Source: an uncultured Chloroflexia bacterium
GTDB taxonomy: Bacteria; Chloroflexota; Anaerolineae; CG2-30-64-16
Length of the DNA stretch: 64,000 nucleotides
Assembly (NCBI GenBank): GCA_963810095.1
Contig: CAWEMM010000009.1
Span: 512,001 to 576,000, forward strand
Direction of reading: 5' to 3'
The position numbers were made by a program, and so were the translations under genes. Shown here piece after piece: positions 23,919 through 33,293 of this stretch (its first letter is position 1; the number at the start of each line of letters is the position of its first letter). The notes beneath the pieces are model-generated. The model worked only from the letters and a program-made list of their open reading frames with translations. It did not search any database and was not told where the DNA came from.

Positions 23919-23991
23919 TGCCCCCAAGGGGATTCGAACCCCTGCACCAGGCTTGAAAGGCCTGTGTCCTGGTCCTCTAGACGATGGGGGC
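23919..23991 (-). tRNA. tRNA-Glu (TTC), CCA not encoded
   Basis: Reverse complement GCCCCCATCGTCTAGAGGACCAGGACACAGGCCTTTCAAGCCTGGTGCAGGGGTTCGAATCCCCTTGGGGGCA; cloverleaf with TTC anticodon and GTTCGAATC T-loop. Confidence 0.96.
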
Positions 23992-24174
23992 GTGCCGGAT
24001 TAACGTAGAGAATTGTACCAGAGGCCGCGCGTGTGCGCAAAAACCACGGGGTGACTTCTGGCGCTGGACGGCCCACCCTCCCAAAGACGCGGCCCTCCGC
24101 CGCGGAGGTTTCCTCCCTGCCCCGTGTCGCCCCGGGGATCGGCTGCCCCGCGGTGACGCGCTTGATGCGCCCGC

Positions 24175-24912
24175 TTACCGCCGCACCGGGCACGCATTCG
24201 TCAGCCCGCAGACCCCGCAGGCTTCGCGAATCGCCTCGCGCTCGCCGTCGCGCAGCAAGCCGTGCTTCTCCCGGTTCGTAATGAGCTTGTCCACCGCGCC
24301 GGGCGGGAAGGGCAACTCGCGGCCCAGCGCCAGGAGCTTGTAGGTGACCTCGGCCGCGTTCTCCAGTTTTTCCAGCTTCAGATAGGCATCCCACACGGAC
24401 TTGCCGACGGTGACGCTGCCATGCCGCTGGAGGATGACTGCGTCGTGTTGGCGGATCAGTTCGCGAATCACGACCGCGCCCTCGGCGCTGGCCGGGGTGG
24501 CATACTCGGTGGTGGGGATCAGCCCGAGCGTCACGATGACTTCGGGCAGCAGGCAGCGGGCCAGCGAGACGCCGGCGATGGACAGCGTGATCGCATTCGT
24601 GGGATGCGCGTGCACGACGGCCCTAATCTCGGGCCGCTGCCGGTACGCTTCGAGGTGCAGCAGGATCTCGGACGAGGGCTTGAGCGTGCGAGCCGGACCG
24701 TAGCGGGATTCGCCCACCGGCCGCGCGTCCCAGTCGATCACGACCATCTGGTCCGGCGTCATGTACCCCTTGCTCAAGCCGCTGGGCGTGACCAGGAAGC
24801 GATCCGCATCGAGCCGGGCAGACAGGTTGCCGTCGGTGGCCGTCACGTACCCGCGCATGTGCATCAGCTGGCCGATGCGCACGAACTCCTCGCGCAGCGC
24901 CCGCTCGGTCAT
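24175..24912 (-). CDS. Class II aldolase/adducin family protein (FucA-like, microcompartment-associated)
   Basis: ATDGNLSAR; TPSGLSKG; PSSEILLH; VVHAHP; LQRHG; C-terminal extension with CGVCGLTNAC. Confidence 0.9.
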   Translation of the reverse strand: MTERALREEFVRIGQLMHMRGYVTATDGNLSARLDADRFLVTPSGLSKGYMTPDQMVVIDWDARPVGESRYGPARTLKPSSEILLHLEAYRQRPEIRAVVHAHPTNAITLSIAGVSLARCLLPEVIVTLGLIPTTEYATPASAEGAVVIRELIRQHDAVILQRHGSVTVGKSVWDAYLKLEKLENAAEVTYKLLALGRELPFPPGAVDKLITNREKHGLLRDGEREAIREACGVCGLTNACPVRR

Positions 24913-25025
24913 CGCAGCGCCGTTTCCCGCATAACTCCCGTAACCCATGAATCCTCGCTTGCAGAATGGACAAGAAGGCAGGTTTCTCCACGCCAGCGAA
25001 CCTGGCGCAGCAACCTGGCTTCTTG

Positions 25026-25301
25026 CTAACCCGTGATATCTACCTCGTCGACGATGCCCACGATCACGCAGCGTACCGGGCCCCATGGCTCCACGTTCAG
25101 CACCTGGCGCGCACCGGTGCCCTCGTCCAGGACGAGCACCCGGTCGCCCACGCCGGCCTGCACGCTGTCCACGGCGATATCGTACTTTGGCATGGGGCGC
25201 CCTGCCAGGTCGAGACGCTCGACCAGGAGCAGCTTGTGCCCGCCAAACATGGGGTGTTTGATCGTCGCAACGACCGTGCCGGCGACCTGTCCGATGTACA
25301 T
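25026..25301 (-). CDS. EutN/CcmL family microcompartment vertex (pentamer) protein
   Basis: MYIGQVAGTVVATIKH..KLLLV..AVDSVQAGVGDRV..IVGIVD. Confidence 0.93.
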   Translation of the reverse strand: MYIGQVAGTVVATIKHPMFGGHKLLLVERLDLAGRPMPKYDIAVDSVQAGVGDRVLVLDEGTGARQVLNVEPWGPVRCVIVGIVDEVDITG

Positions 25302-25333
25302 CGGGTTACCCTTCTCTCCGGCAAGCCGGTTTT

Positions 25334-25606
25334 CTAGCGGTGCAGGTCCACTTCGTCCACGATGCCCACGATGGCGTGGTCCACGGGCACGAACGTCTGG
25401 GGCAGCGCCAGCGCGGCCTCCCGGCTGGCGATGATGAAAACGAGTTCGCCCGGCCCCGCCTGCGCGGTGGCATCCGCCGCCACGACGGGCTCGCCCTGGG
25501 GCCGCTGCTCGCGGTCGAGCGGCTGCACGATCAGCAGCTTAACGCCTTCGAGCCCGGTGTACTTTTCAGAGGCAACCAGGGTGCCGATAACAGTGGCCAG
25601 TTGCAT
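25334..25606 (-). CDS. EutN/CcmL family microcompartment vertex (pentamer) protein
   Basis: MQLATVIGTLVASEK..KLLIVQP..AGPGELV..PVDHAIVGIVD. Confidence 0.93.
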   Translation of the reverse strand: MQLATVIGTLVASEKYTGLEGVKLLIVQPLDREQRPQGEPVVAADATAQAGPGELVFIIASREAALALPQTFVPVDHAIVGIVDEVDLHR

Positions 25607-25747
25607 AGCAGGTCCGTAAGCAGATGAGATGAGTGTCGAATGACGAGACGAGTTTACCACAAAGACACCAGGACACGAAGGGAGACCGCGCCCGGTGATT
25701 GCGGGCCCTGCCGCGGGTGCGCGCGTCCTGCCGTCGAAGAGTGAGCG

Positions 25748-26398
25748 TCAACGGCGAGGTAGCGGGATGGGACCCACGTCCGGGCGTCTCCGTGTTTCAG
25801 TCTTTTCGCGTCGTTGGCTGCGGGTTCTTGATGTTCTGCGCGGCCAGCCGTACCGTTTCGGCTACCCGCCTGGCGCGCGTCTCGGGCCGCTTGGCGGTCC
25901 TGATCCAGCGAAGGTACGCGATCCGGGCGCCGGGACTGAATGCTGCGAAGTTGCGGGCCGCCGCCGCGTTCCCCCCGAGCGCAGCGGCCAGGTCGTCCGG
26001 TACAGCCGGATCCTCAATCGCTTCCAGCGCGGTTCCACGACCCGTCCGCCTGCGCCTGCTCGATCTTCGCCATGCCTGCAGGCGTCATGCGCCCCTGCTC
26101 GATCAGCCGCGCGACCCGCTCCTTGTTCGACCTGGCCCATGTGCCCACCGGCCTTGCGCGGCGTGAAGGTCACGAGCGCTTCGCTCGGCATCGACCGACT
26201 TCGCCTTGCTGTCGATCCAGCCGAAGCAGAGGGCTTCTTCGACGGCCTCCTCGTAGCGAATGCCCGACCAGCGCTGTCTTTCTTCGCATAGATCAGCCAG
26301 ACGCCGCGGGAGTTGGCGTGGTTGGCCTCCAGCCAGGCCCGCCATTCCGCAGCGGTCACGGGCGATATAGTTGCATATTCCGGTTTCGTCGCCGTCAT
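25748..26398 (-). CDS. YdeI/OmpD-associated family protein; frameshifted
   Basis: EWRAWLEANH..GVWLIYAKK; YEEAVEEALCFGWIDS; FTPRK. Confidence 0.82.
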
Positions 26399-26546
26399 GC
26401 TCGATCCTCATGGCCTCTGCCGGTGCGTCTCGGCCCTTCGCGCCTCAAACATTGTAGCAGGGATGCGGACGAGTGTGGTAAAATCACAACCCGCAGGTGG
26501 TCCGCTTCATTCTACGGCGGACAGGCCGCACGAGAAAGGCCGCAGC

Positions 26547-27771
26547 TTGAGCAAAGTCATCATCGCGTGCGCACAGCAACAGATGCGTCTGTTCGAGTCT
26601 TCGGATGGCTTTCGCCGCGAGATCAGCCGGTTTCTTAACATGGCGCGTGCCAAGGGCGTCCAGCTCGCCGTTTTTCCGCCCCTCGTCGGCGTCATGGCGG
26701 CCAGCGCCCGGGTGCAGGGGTTCAGCGTGCGGTTGCTCAAGCAGGCGGCGGAGCGCCAGCGCACGCGCAGCTCGTTGTGGTCGCGCACGCGCGGCGCGGT
26801 TGCCGAGGGGACGGCGTCGCTCCTGGGGGCCAGCTTCCGCAAGTCCTTCGTCCAGCTGCTGGCGAGTGACCCCGCGGGAATGGTGAGCGATTACGAGGCA
26901 ACGTTCGCCGAACTGGCCCGCGCGTACGAGTTGGCGATCGTGGCGGGCAGCGCGTACGTGCCGGATGCGAACGGCATCGTGCGCCACCGTTCGAGCGTGT
27001 TCGGCCCCGACGGCGCCATTCTCGGCCGGCACGACAAGATGATCCTCTCGCCCGAGGACCAGGCGCTCGCGCAGCCAGGGGACGCGTGGCACGTCATCGC
27101 CACGCCCGCCGGCCGCGTCGGCATCTTGCTCGGCGAGGAGGCGCTTTATCCCGAAGCGGGCCGCATCCTGGCCTACGAGGGCGCCGACATCCTGGTCACC
27201 CTCGCCGCGGTCGGCGACGACACGCTGGCCGCACACATCCGGCACGCCACCATTGCCCGCAGCCAGGATAATCGTTGCTTCGCGGTGGCGAGCTTCCTCG
27301 TCGGGCGCAATTACATGGCAGCGGACGAGGGCTCCGCGCCGGCGTTTATCGGGCAAGTCGGGCATATACGCACCCCTGGAGATGACGCCCCGGACGACCG
27401 GGGTCCTCGTCGAGATGGGGACGGCAGAGGCAGAGGGCTTGCTGACCGCGGAACTGGACCGCCCAAAGCTGCAGTGGCTCTGGACGCACGGCAGTTATTC
27501 GGTGCGCGCAAACATGCCGGTGGGGTTGTTCAGCCGGTATTTGCCGGCGCTCTACGGCAGTGGGCGGACGCTGGCCGAAGAATGGCCCGAGGAGGGGACG
27601 GCGGCGCTCGCGCCCGACGCCAGCACACAGCTGCCGGCCGCGGCGAGCGATGACGAAGGGGCGCCGAGCGCACGTGTGCGGACGGGCGAAGAGTCCGGAC
27701 AGCCAACGCCGCTCGAGCCAGACCAGGCGTCTGGGTCCGCTGAGTTTGGTGGAGAGGGCGAGGGGATCTAG
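26547..27771 (+). CDS. Carbon-nitrogen hydrolase (nitrilase) fold protein with degenerate active site; frameshift near 27350
   Basis: IACAQ; LAVFPP; IVAGS; FGPDGAILGRHDK; TPAGRVGILLGEEALYPE; ARSQDN; GKSGIYAP. Confidence 0.8.
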
Positions 27772-27851
27772 GTGAGCGTGAGGCTCGGCACGAGCCCTAT
27801 CCTCGTACAGGCGCCCAAGTGCGGGCGCCCGTACGAGAAGGCGATGGTCTG

Positions 27852-28082
27852 TTAGGGCTTGAACAGGTCGTCAAACTGCCGCAGCAGCGCCAGCATTGCG
27901 ACGCCGATCTTGATGAAGTCTCCCGCGGAGGCGTTCATCTTTGGCGGCAGCCCCTTGGTGGCAATGGCATTCTCGTACTGCGCCTCGCGTTGGCGCATGT
28001 AGGTCCATGCCGCGCCTGCGCCAACGGTAGCGCCAACAAGAGTGCCTAGCAGGATGGCCGTCGTCTTCGGACTCAAATTCAC
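27852..28082 (-). CDS. Small single-TM hypothetical protein
   Basis: GAGGT RBS; LLGTLVGATVGAGAAW hydrophobic helix; abuts the upstream gene. Confidence 0.7.
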   Translation of the reverse strand: MNLSPKTTAILLGTLVGATVGAGAAWTYMRQREAQYENAIATKGLPPKMNASAGDFIKIGVAMLALLRQFDDLFKP

Positions 28083-28084
28083 GT

Positions 28085-28390
28085 CTACACCTCTCGTCGC
28101 TTAAGGAGGGAAACGGTTCCCCGGCCAATCGCCTGGACCCGGGCGGTCGTCTCGCTGACCCTGATAACCGGTTCGACGACCTTGTCCGCAGTCTGGTGCG
28201 TCACTTCGTTCACCCGGCGGAACACCTCTTGTACCTTCGGCGAGACCTCGCGCAGCTTCTTGTCGGCCGCCCAGAGACCCCGGATGGAGAAGAAGAGGAT
28301 GATCCCCGGGATGAGCATGAGCACGGCGACTTCGAGGCACAAGAGAATGACCGAAAACGAGGTCCAGGTGCTCAAGGTAGACAGGTCCAT
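28085..28390 (-). CDS. Small membrane-anchored coiled-coil hypothetical protein
   Basis: GGAGG RBS; N-terminal TM segment followed by an amphipathic helix. Confidence 0.7.
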   Translation of the reverse strand: MDLSTLSTWTSFSVILLCLEVAVLMLIPGIILFFSIRGLWAADKKLREVSPKVQEVFRRVNEVTHQTADKVVEPVIRVSETTARVQAIGRGTVSLLKRREV

Positions 28391-28526
28391 CCATCCCTCC
28401 CGGCTTGTAGCTCAACGCACAACATTGTAGCAGAAGACGTGCTTGCAGGCAAGCAACATCTGGAGGGTGAGCAGATAGAGCAATTGACGCGAGGTGTCAT
28501 AGTGCAATGGCTGTAGAGGACAGGGC

Positions 28527-29642
28527 GTGACGAGAAGCCAATGGCCCCGTTGGCCGGGTGTGATGCTCGCGGTCGTGCTCGTGTTGCTGCTGGCCGCCCG
28601 CTCAGGCCGGCCCGTGGTTGAGTTCGGTCCCCAGCAGCAGGTGCGCTCGATCAATCCGAAAATGGGGATGCACACCCGGCTGACCGATGAGGTCGAGCCC
28701 TGGAAGGTGCAGCGCACCTTTCAGATGGTGCGCGAAATGGGCGCGTCGTGGGTGGTCGAGTATTTCCTGTGGGCCAGCCACGAGCCGCAGCGCGGCCGGT
28801 TCGAGTGGGGGCACGCGGACCTGGTGGTCAATCACGCGGTCAACCAGGGCCTGAAGGTGATCGCCCGCCTCGGCTACGTGCCAGAGTGGGCGCGTCCGAA
28901 GGACGCTACGCACCTGTACCTGGACGAAGACGGTTACGACGCGTTCGCCCGTTTCGCAGCCGAGTTTGCGCGGCACTTCGCGGGCCGGGTCGACTACATC
29001 ATCGTGTGGAACGAGCCGAACCTGAGCCAGGAATGGGGCTACCGCACGCCCGATCCGGCCGGGTATACGGAGCTGCTCAAGCGCACCTATCGGGCCGTGA
29101 AGGCGGCGGACCCCGATATGCAGGTACTGGCGGGGGCGCTTGCGCCGACGCTCGCGCCGTCGGGCAGCGAGTGGGGCATGAACGACCTGGACTACCTCCA
29201 GGGCATGTACGATGCGGGCGCCCGCGACTCGTTCGACATCCTCGCTGCACATGCCTACGGCTGGACATTCGATGCTGCCGAGGCGCCGAGCCCCGATGCG
29301 GTGAACTGGCGCCGGGTGGAGTTGCTGCGCGATATCATGGTGCGCAACGGCGACGCGGCCAAGCACGTGATGATCACCGAAGGTGGGTGGAACGATCACC
29401 CACGGTGGACCAAGGCCGTCCGGCCCGCTCAGCGTGTGGCCTACACGGTGGCCGCGTATCAGATGGCCCTGGCAGAGTGGCCCTGGGTCGACGCGGTCTG
29501 TCTCTGGGCCTTCCGCTACCCCCGTCCTGCCCGCACGTACCAGGACTACTTCACCTTCGTCGACGGCGACTTTCGCGCCAAGCCAATCTACGAGGCGCTG
29601 CAGCGATATGCGGAGGGGCTGGATTGGCGGGAGCGTAAGTAA
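28527..29642 (+). CDS. Secreted clan GH-A glycoside hydrolase (GH5/GH39-like)
   Basis: Signal anchor; VWNEPN acid/base; AAHAYG; MITEGGW nucleophile. Confidence 0.85.
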   Translation: MTRSQWPRWPGVMLAVVLVLLLAARSGRPVVEFGPQQQVRSINPKMGMHTRLTDEVEPWKVQRTFQMVREMGASWVVEYFLWASHEPQRGRFEWGHADLVVNHAVNQGLKVIARLGYVPEWARPKDATHLYLDEDGYDAFARFAAEFARHFAGRVDYIIVWNEPNLSQEWGYRTPDPAGYTELLKRTYRAVKAADPDMQVLAGALAPTLAPSGSEWGMNDLDYLQGMYDAGARDSFDILAAHAYGWTFDAAEAPSPDAVNWRRVELLRDIMVRNGDAAKHVMITEGGWNDHPRWTKAVRPAQRVAYTVAAYQMALAEWPWVDAVCLWAFRYPRPARTYQDYFTFVDGDFRAKPIYEALQRYAEGLDWRERK

Positions 29643-29644
29643 GT

Positions 29645-29881
29645 GGAAGACGAAGTGGGATTGGAACGCGAAGCGGGTTTGGAACACGAAGACGCGAAGC
29701 GGTTTGAAGAGCCGAAGCACGAAGCCCGCGAAGTCCACGCCGGCGAACGAGCGCCTTCGCGCCTCGCGTTTTCGCGCTTCGCGCCTTCGCGCCTTGTCGC
29801 TTCGCGCTTCGCGCCTTCGCGTCGCCTTTCGCGGCTTCGCGTTCCAAACTCACTTCGCGTTCCAAACTCACCCCGCGTTCC
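29645..29881. repeat. Long imperfect palindrome built from CGCGAAG / CTTCGCG units
   Basis: Left arm repeats ggaacgcgaag/ggaacacgaag; right arm repeats cttcgcgcc and cttcgcgttccaaactca x2. Confidence 0.8.
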
Positions 29882-29890
29882 TGGCGCGTC

Positions 29891-30655
29891 GTGATGCTGG
29901 CCCTTGTGGTGCTGGCTCTCGCCCTGACGGGTTGGTTCGTGCTGCGCGGCCGTGGCGGCGCGCTGGACGACATCCGGGCGCGCGGGGTGTGGCAGGTCGG
30001 CATGGACCCGAGTTTCCCGCCTTTCGAGAACCTGGACGTCGCTGCAGGGCAGGTGGTCGGGCTTGACGCCGACCTGGCCCGCGCGCTCGGCGGACGGTTG
30101 GGGATCAGGACGCAGATCACCAGCCTCGGGTTCGACGAACTGATCGATGCGGTCGCCGCACACCGGGTCGACGCGGCCATCTCTGCGCTGCCCGTGATCC
30201 CGGAACGAACCCAGGACGTTCGCTTTTCCGACCCGTACGTGCAGGCCGGCGTGGTGTTGGCCGCGCGGCGAGACAGCGGCATCGCTGGGCCAGGCGACCT
30301 GGCGGGCCGGCGGGTGGCCGTGGAGTGGGGCAGCCAGGGCGACGCCGCGGCGCGGCGGCTGCTTTCGGCCAACCAAGTGCGTTTCGAACTGCTGCCCAAG
30401 GACACGGTGACGGCCGCGCTCGACGCGCTGGTCGCGGGTGAGGCCGACGCAGCAGTGGTCGACGCCATCAGCCTCGCGCTGCATCCCCAGTCGGCGCGAC
30501 TGGCCGTCGTGGGCGAACCCTTGTCGTCCGATCCGTATGTGGTGGTCGTGGCCGCCGACGCGCCCGACTTGCTGGATGCGATCAACAAGGGTTTGGCAGC
30601 GCTCGAAAGCGATGGTACGCTCGACGCAATACGGAAACGATGGCTCAAGCCTTAA
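29891..30655 (+). CDS. Polar amino-acid ABC transporter substrate-binding protein (family 3)
   Basis: [11 protein letters not shown]; GLDADLA; FDELI; FSDPY; [21 protein letters not shown]. Confidence 0.9.
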   Translation: MMLALVVLALALTGWFVLRGRGGALDDIRARGVWQVGMDPSFPPFENLDVAAGQVVGLDADLARALGGRLGIRTQITSLGFDELIDAVAAHRVDAAISALPVIPERTQDVRFSDPYVQAGVVLAARRDSGIAGPGDLAGRRVAVEWGSQGDAAARRLLSANQVRFELLPKDTVTAALDALVAGEADAAVVDAISLALHPQSARLAVVGEPLSSDPYVVVVAADAPDLLDAINKGLAALESDGTLDAIRKRWLKP

Positions 30656-30701
30656 CAGACCAGGTTTCTGCCAGAACCCTGGTTTGTTTATAATGACCCC
30701 C

Positions 30702-31589
30702 ATGATCCATTTCGATATCTTCACCCTATTTCCCGGCATGTTCTCCGGCTTCCTGGCCGACAGCATCCTCAAGCGCGCCCAGAGCGCGGGCATCCTGTCC
30801 GTCGGGCTGCACAACATCCGCGATTATGCGGAGGGCCGGCATCGCGTCACCGACGACACGCCGTACGGGGGTGGGGGCGGGATGGTGATGAAGCCCGAAC
30901 CGATCTTCAAGGCGGTCGAGACCGTACTCACACGTTCGCCCGGATGGGTGTTTGCGCCCACGGCCGAGGCGCCCGAACCTCCCCCCGCGCCCGTCCGGCC
31001 GACCTGCCCGAGGATGTACCCATCCTTCTCCTGTCGCCCCAGGGTCGCACCTTCACGCAGGTAGTTGCAGAAGAACTCGCGCGCCATCGCCGCATCGCGC
31101 TCGATCTGCGGCCGCTATGAAGGGGTGGACGAACGGGTGCGCGAAGGGCTTGTGACCGACGAAATCAGCATCGGCGACTTCGTGATATCCGGCGGCGAAC
31201 TCGGTGCTGCGATCATCGTGGACGCCGTGACGCGCCTTCAGCCGGGAGCGCTTGGCTGCGATATGGGCGCGTTCGAGGATTCCTTTGCCACAGGTGTCCT
31301 GGAGTACCCGCAGTACACTAAGCCCCCGGCCTTCCGCGACCAACGGGTGCCTGACATCCTCGCCTCCGGCGATCACGCCAAGGTCGCCCGTTGGCGCCGC
31401 GAGCAGGCGCTCCTGCGCACCTGGCTGCGCCGGCCCGACCTGCTCGACTCCGCGCCGCTCTCCGACCAGGACCGCAAGTACCTGGCGCGGCTGGATGCGG
31501 CGAAACGCGAGGAGGCGGCGACGAATTCCACGAATGTTACGAGGGGCGCGAATGAAACCACGCCCGGCGAGTTCGGAGGAGTCGAGTAA
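30702..31589 (+). CDS. trmD: tRNA (guanine37-N1)-methyltransferase; frameshifted
   Basis: FDIFTLFP; [17 protein letters not shown]; [10 protein letters not shown]; [13 protein letters not shown]; LEYPQYTKP; RRPDLL. Confidence 0.96.
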
Positions 31590-31713
31590 TTGGTGCAGGT
31601 CGCAGCAACCGCATGTCAGCTGACTGAGGACGTGCCCTATGCTTTTTTGGCGCATTAGCACGCCTGTGATAAAATCTCCTTTCGTTGCGAACTTAAACGA
31701 AGGGTAGTTAACC

Positions 31714-32064
31714 ATGGCTAATCTGATTGATTCTCTCACTGCTCAGGCTGTGCGGACCGATATGCCCGAACTTCAGGCTGGCGACACGGTTAAGGTGCAC
31801 ACGCTCATTGTCGAAGGCGAGAAGGAACGTGTGCAGGTCTTCCAGGGCCTGGTGATCCGCGTGCGTGGCGGCGGTTCGGACAAGAATTTCACCGTCCGCC
31901 GCATCGCGTCCCACGGTGTTGGCGTCGAGCGCACCTTCCTCTTCATGTCGCCCCGGGTTGACAAGGTCGAGGTGCTGCGGCACGCCAAGGTCCGCCGGGC
32001 TCGCCTGTACTTCCTTCGCGGTCGCACCGGCAAGGCCGCACGCTTGAAGGAGCGGGCCGCGTAA
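31714..32064 (+). CDS. rplS: 50S ribosomal protein L19
   Basis: [43 protein letters not shown]. Confidence 0.98.
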   Translation: MANLIDSLTAQAVRTDMPELQAGDTVKVHTLIVEGEKERVQVFQGLVIRVRGGGSDKNFTVRRIASHGVGVERTFLFMSPRVDKVEVLRHAKVRRARLYFLRGRTGKAARLKERAA

Positions 32065-32102
32065 CTTCCCGGCTCCCCCGGGCAAGTGCAAGTTGTTCCT
32101 GG

Positions 32103-32136
32103 AGGCGCAGGGGTGGTATCATCCCTGCGCCTTTTT
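32103..32136 (+). terminator. Intrinsic terminator after rplS
   Basis: aggcgcaggg / ccctgcgcct stem plus T-run. Confidence 0.8.
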
Positions 32137-32252
32137 GGGTTAACGAAGAAGGCTAACCACCAGGAACTAAAGACAATAAGGATCACGAGGTCAGATGTGA
32201 AGCCTTCGTGCCCCTTCGTGTTCTTTGGTTCTTCCTGTTACAGAGTGGGTCG

Positions 32253-32912
32253 ATGACAATGCGCGAGCGTGCGGGGTTAGCGTACGAGGTGGAGCTGTGG
32301 GCCGCGGGGCTGCGAGCCGTTGCCGGGGTCGACGAGGTCGGCCGCGGCGCGCTCGCCGGACCCGTGGTCGCCGCAGCCGTCATCTTGCCCCCTGATCCGG
32401 CTACCTTGGCGCCGCTGCTCGGCCGGGTGGATGATTCCAAGCAGCTCAGTGCGCGCCAGCGTGCGGCCGTGCTCGACGACATCCTGGGCCTGGCGCTGGC
32501 AGTCGGCGTTGGCCGCTGTGAGGCATGCGACATCGACGCGTGGGGCATCGCACCCGCCACCCGGCAGGCCATGCGGCTGGCACTGGCGTCCCTCTCCTGC
32601 CCGCCCGACTATGTCCTGCTCGACTTCCTGACCCTGCCCGACCTCGACTGCCGGCAGCGCGGCATCCCCCACGGCGACGCGCTCTCGCTCTCCATCGCGG
32701 CCGCCTCCATCGTCGCCAAGGTGACGCGCGACGGCTGGATGTGCGAGCAGGATGCGGCGTTCCCCGGCTATGGCTTCAGCCAGCACAAGGGCTACGCAAC
32801 CCTGTTTCATCGCGAAGCCATTGGGCGGCTGGGCGCGTGCGGGTTGCACCGGATGAGCTTTGCGCCGCTGTCTGGTGAAGACACGCTGTTCGACGAAGAG
32901 GCGTTGGAGTGA
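32253..32912 (+). CDS. rnhB: Ribonuclease HII
   Basis: AGVDEVGRGALAGPV; DDSKQLS; GDALSLSIAAASIVAKVTRD; HKGY; HRMSF. Confidence 0.97.
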   Translation: MTMRERAGLAYEVELWAAGLRAVAGVDEVGRGALAGPVVAAAVILPPDPATLAPLLGRVDDSKQLSARQRAAVLDDILGLALAVGVGRCEACDIDAWGIAPATRQAMRLALASLSCPPDYVLLDFLTLPDLDCRQRGIPHGDALSLSIAAASIVAKVTRDGWMCEQDAAFPGYGFSQHKGYATLFHREAIGRLGACGLHRMSFAPLSGEDTLFDEEALE

Positions 32913-33292
32913 CGAGCCCCCGCAAGAACCTGGGCATGCTCGGCGAGTCGATAGCATGCGATCACCTCACGCACGAGGGCTGGCACGTGATTGCCCGCAA
33001 TTGGCGCACGCGGCGGGGCGAGATCGACATCGTGGCGCGTGACGGCGACTGGCTCGTCTTTGTCGAGGTCCGCACACGTCGGGCCAGCGCGAACGGCGGC
33101 GATCCGCATCTGGGCCGGCCCGAGGAGTCCGTCACTCCCCGCAAGCAGCTGCAACTCGCGCAGATGGCTGAGAGTTACCTGTACAGTATGCCCTGGAGCG
33201 GAGGCTGGCGCATCGACGTGATCGCGCTGGAAATCACTGCTGCAGGCGAGGTGGCCCGGCTGGCCCACTACCGGGACGCGGTGGGCGCCTGA
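32909..33292 (+). CDS. yraN: YraN family (UPF0102) protein
   Basis: GE..A; RNWRTRRGEIDIVA; LVFVEVRTR; RIDVIA. Confidence 0.93.
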   Translation: MTSPRKNLGMLGESIACDHLTHEGWHVIARNWRTRRGEIDIVARDGDWLVFVEVRTRRASANGGDPHLGRPEESVTPRKQLQLAQMAESYLYSMPWSGGWRIDVIALEITAAGEVARLAHYRDAVGA

Positions 33293-33293
33293 C

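Noticed and set aside
23919-23991. tRNA-Glu as integration site of an island carrying the corrinoid cluster
   Set aside because: No integrase gene and no duplicated tRNA 3' end was noticed
29645-29881. Possible CRISPR array
   Set aside because: Units are 7-18 nt, degenerate and inverted, with no unique spacers; no cas genes in the window
30702-31589. trmD and other split genes as pseudogenes or programmed frameshifts
   Set aside because: trmD is essential, no slippery sites are evident, and the indels are window-wide, so error is more parsimonious
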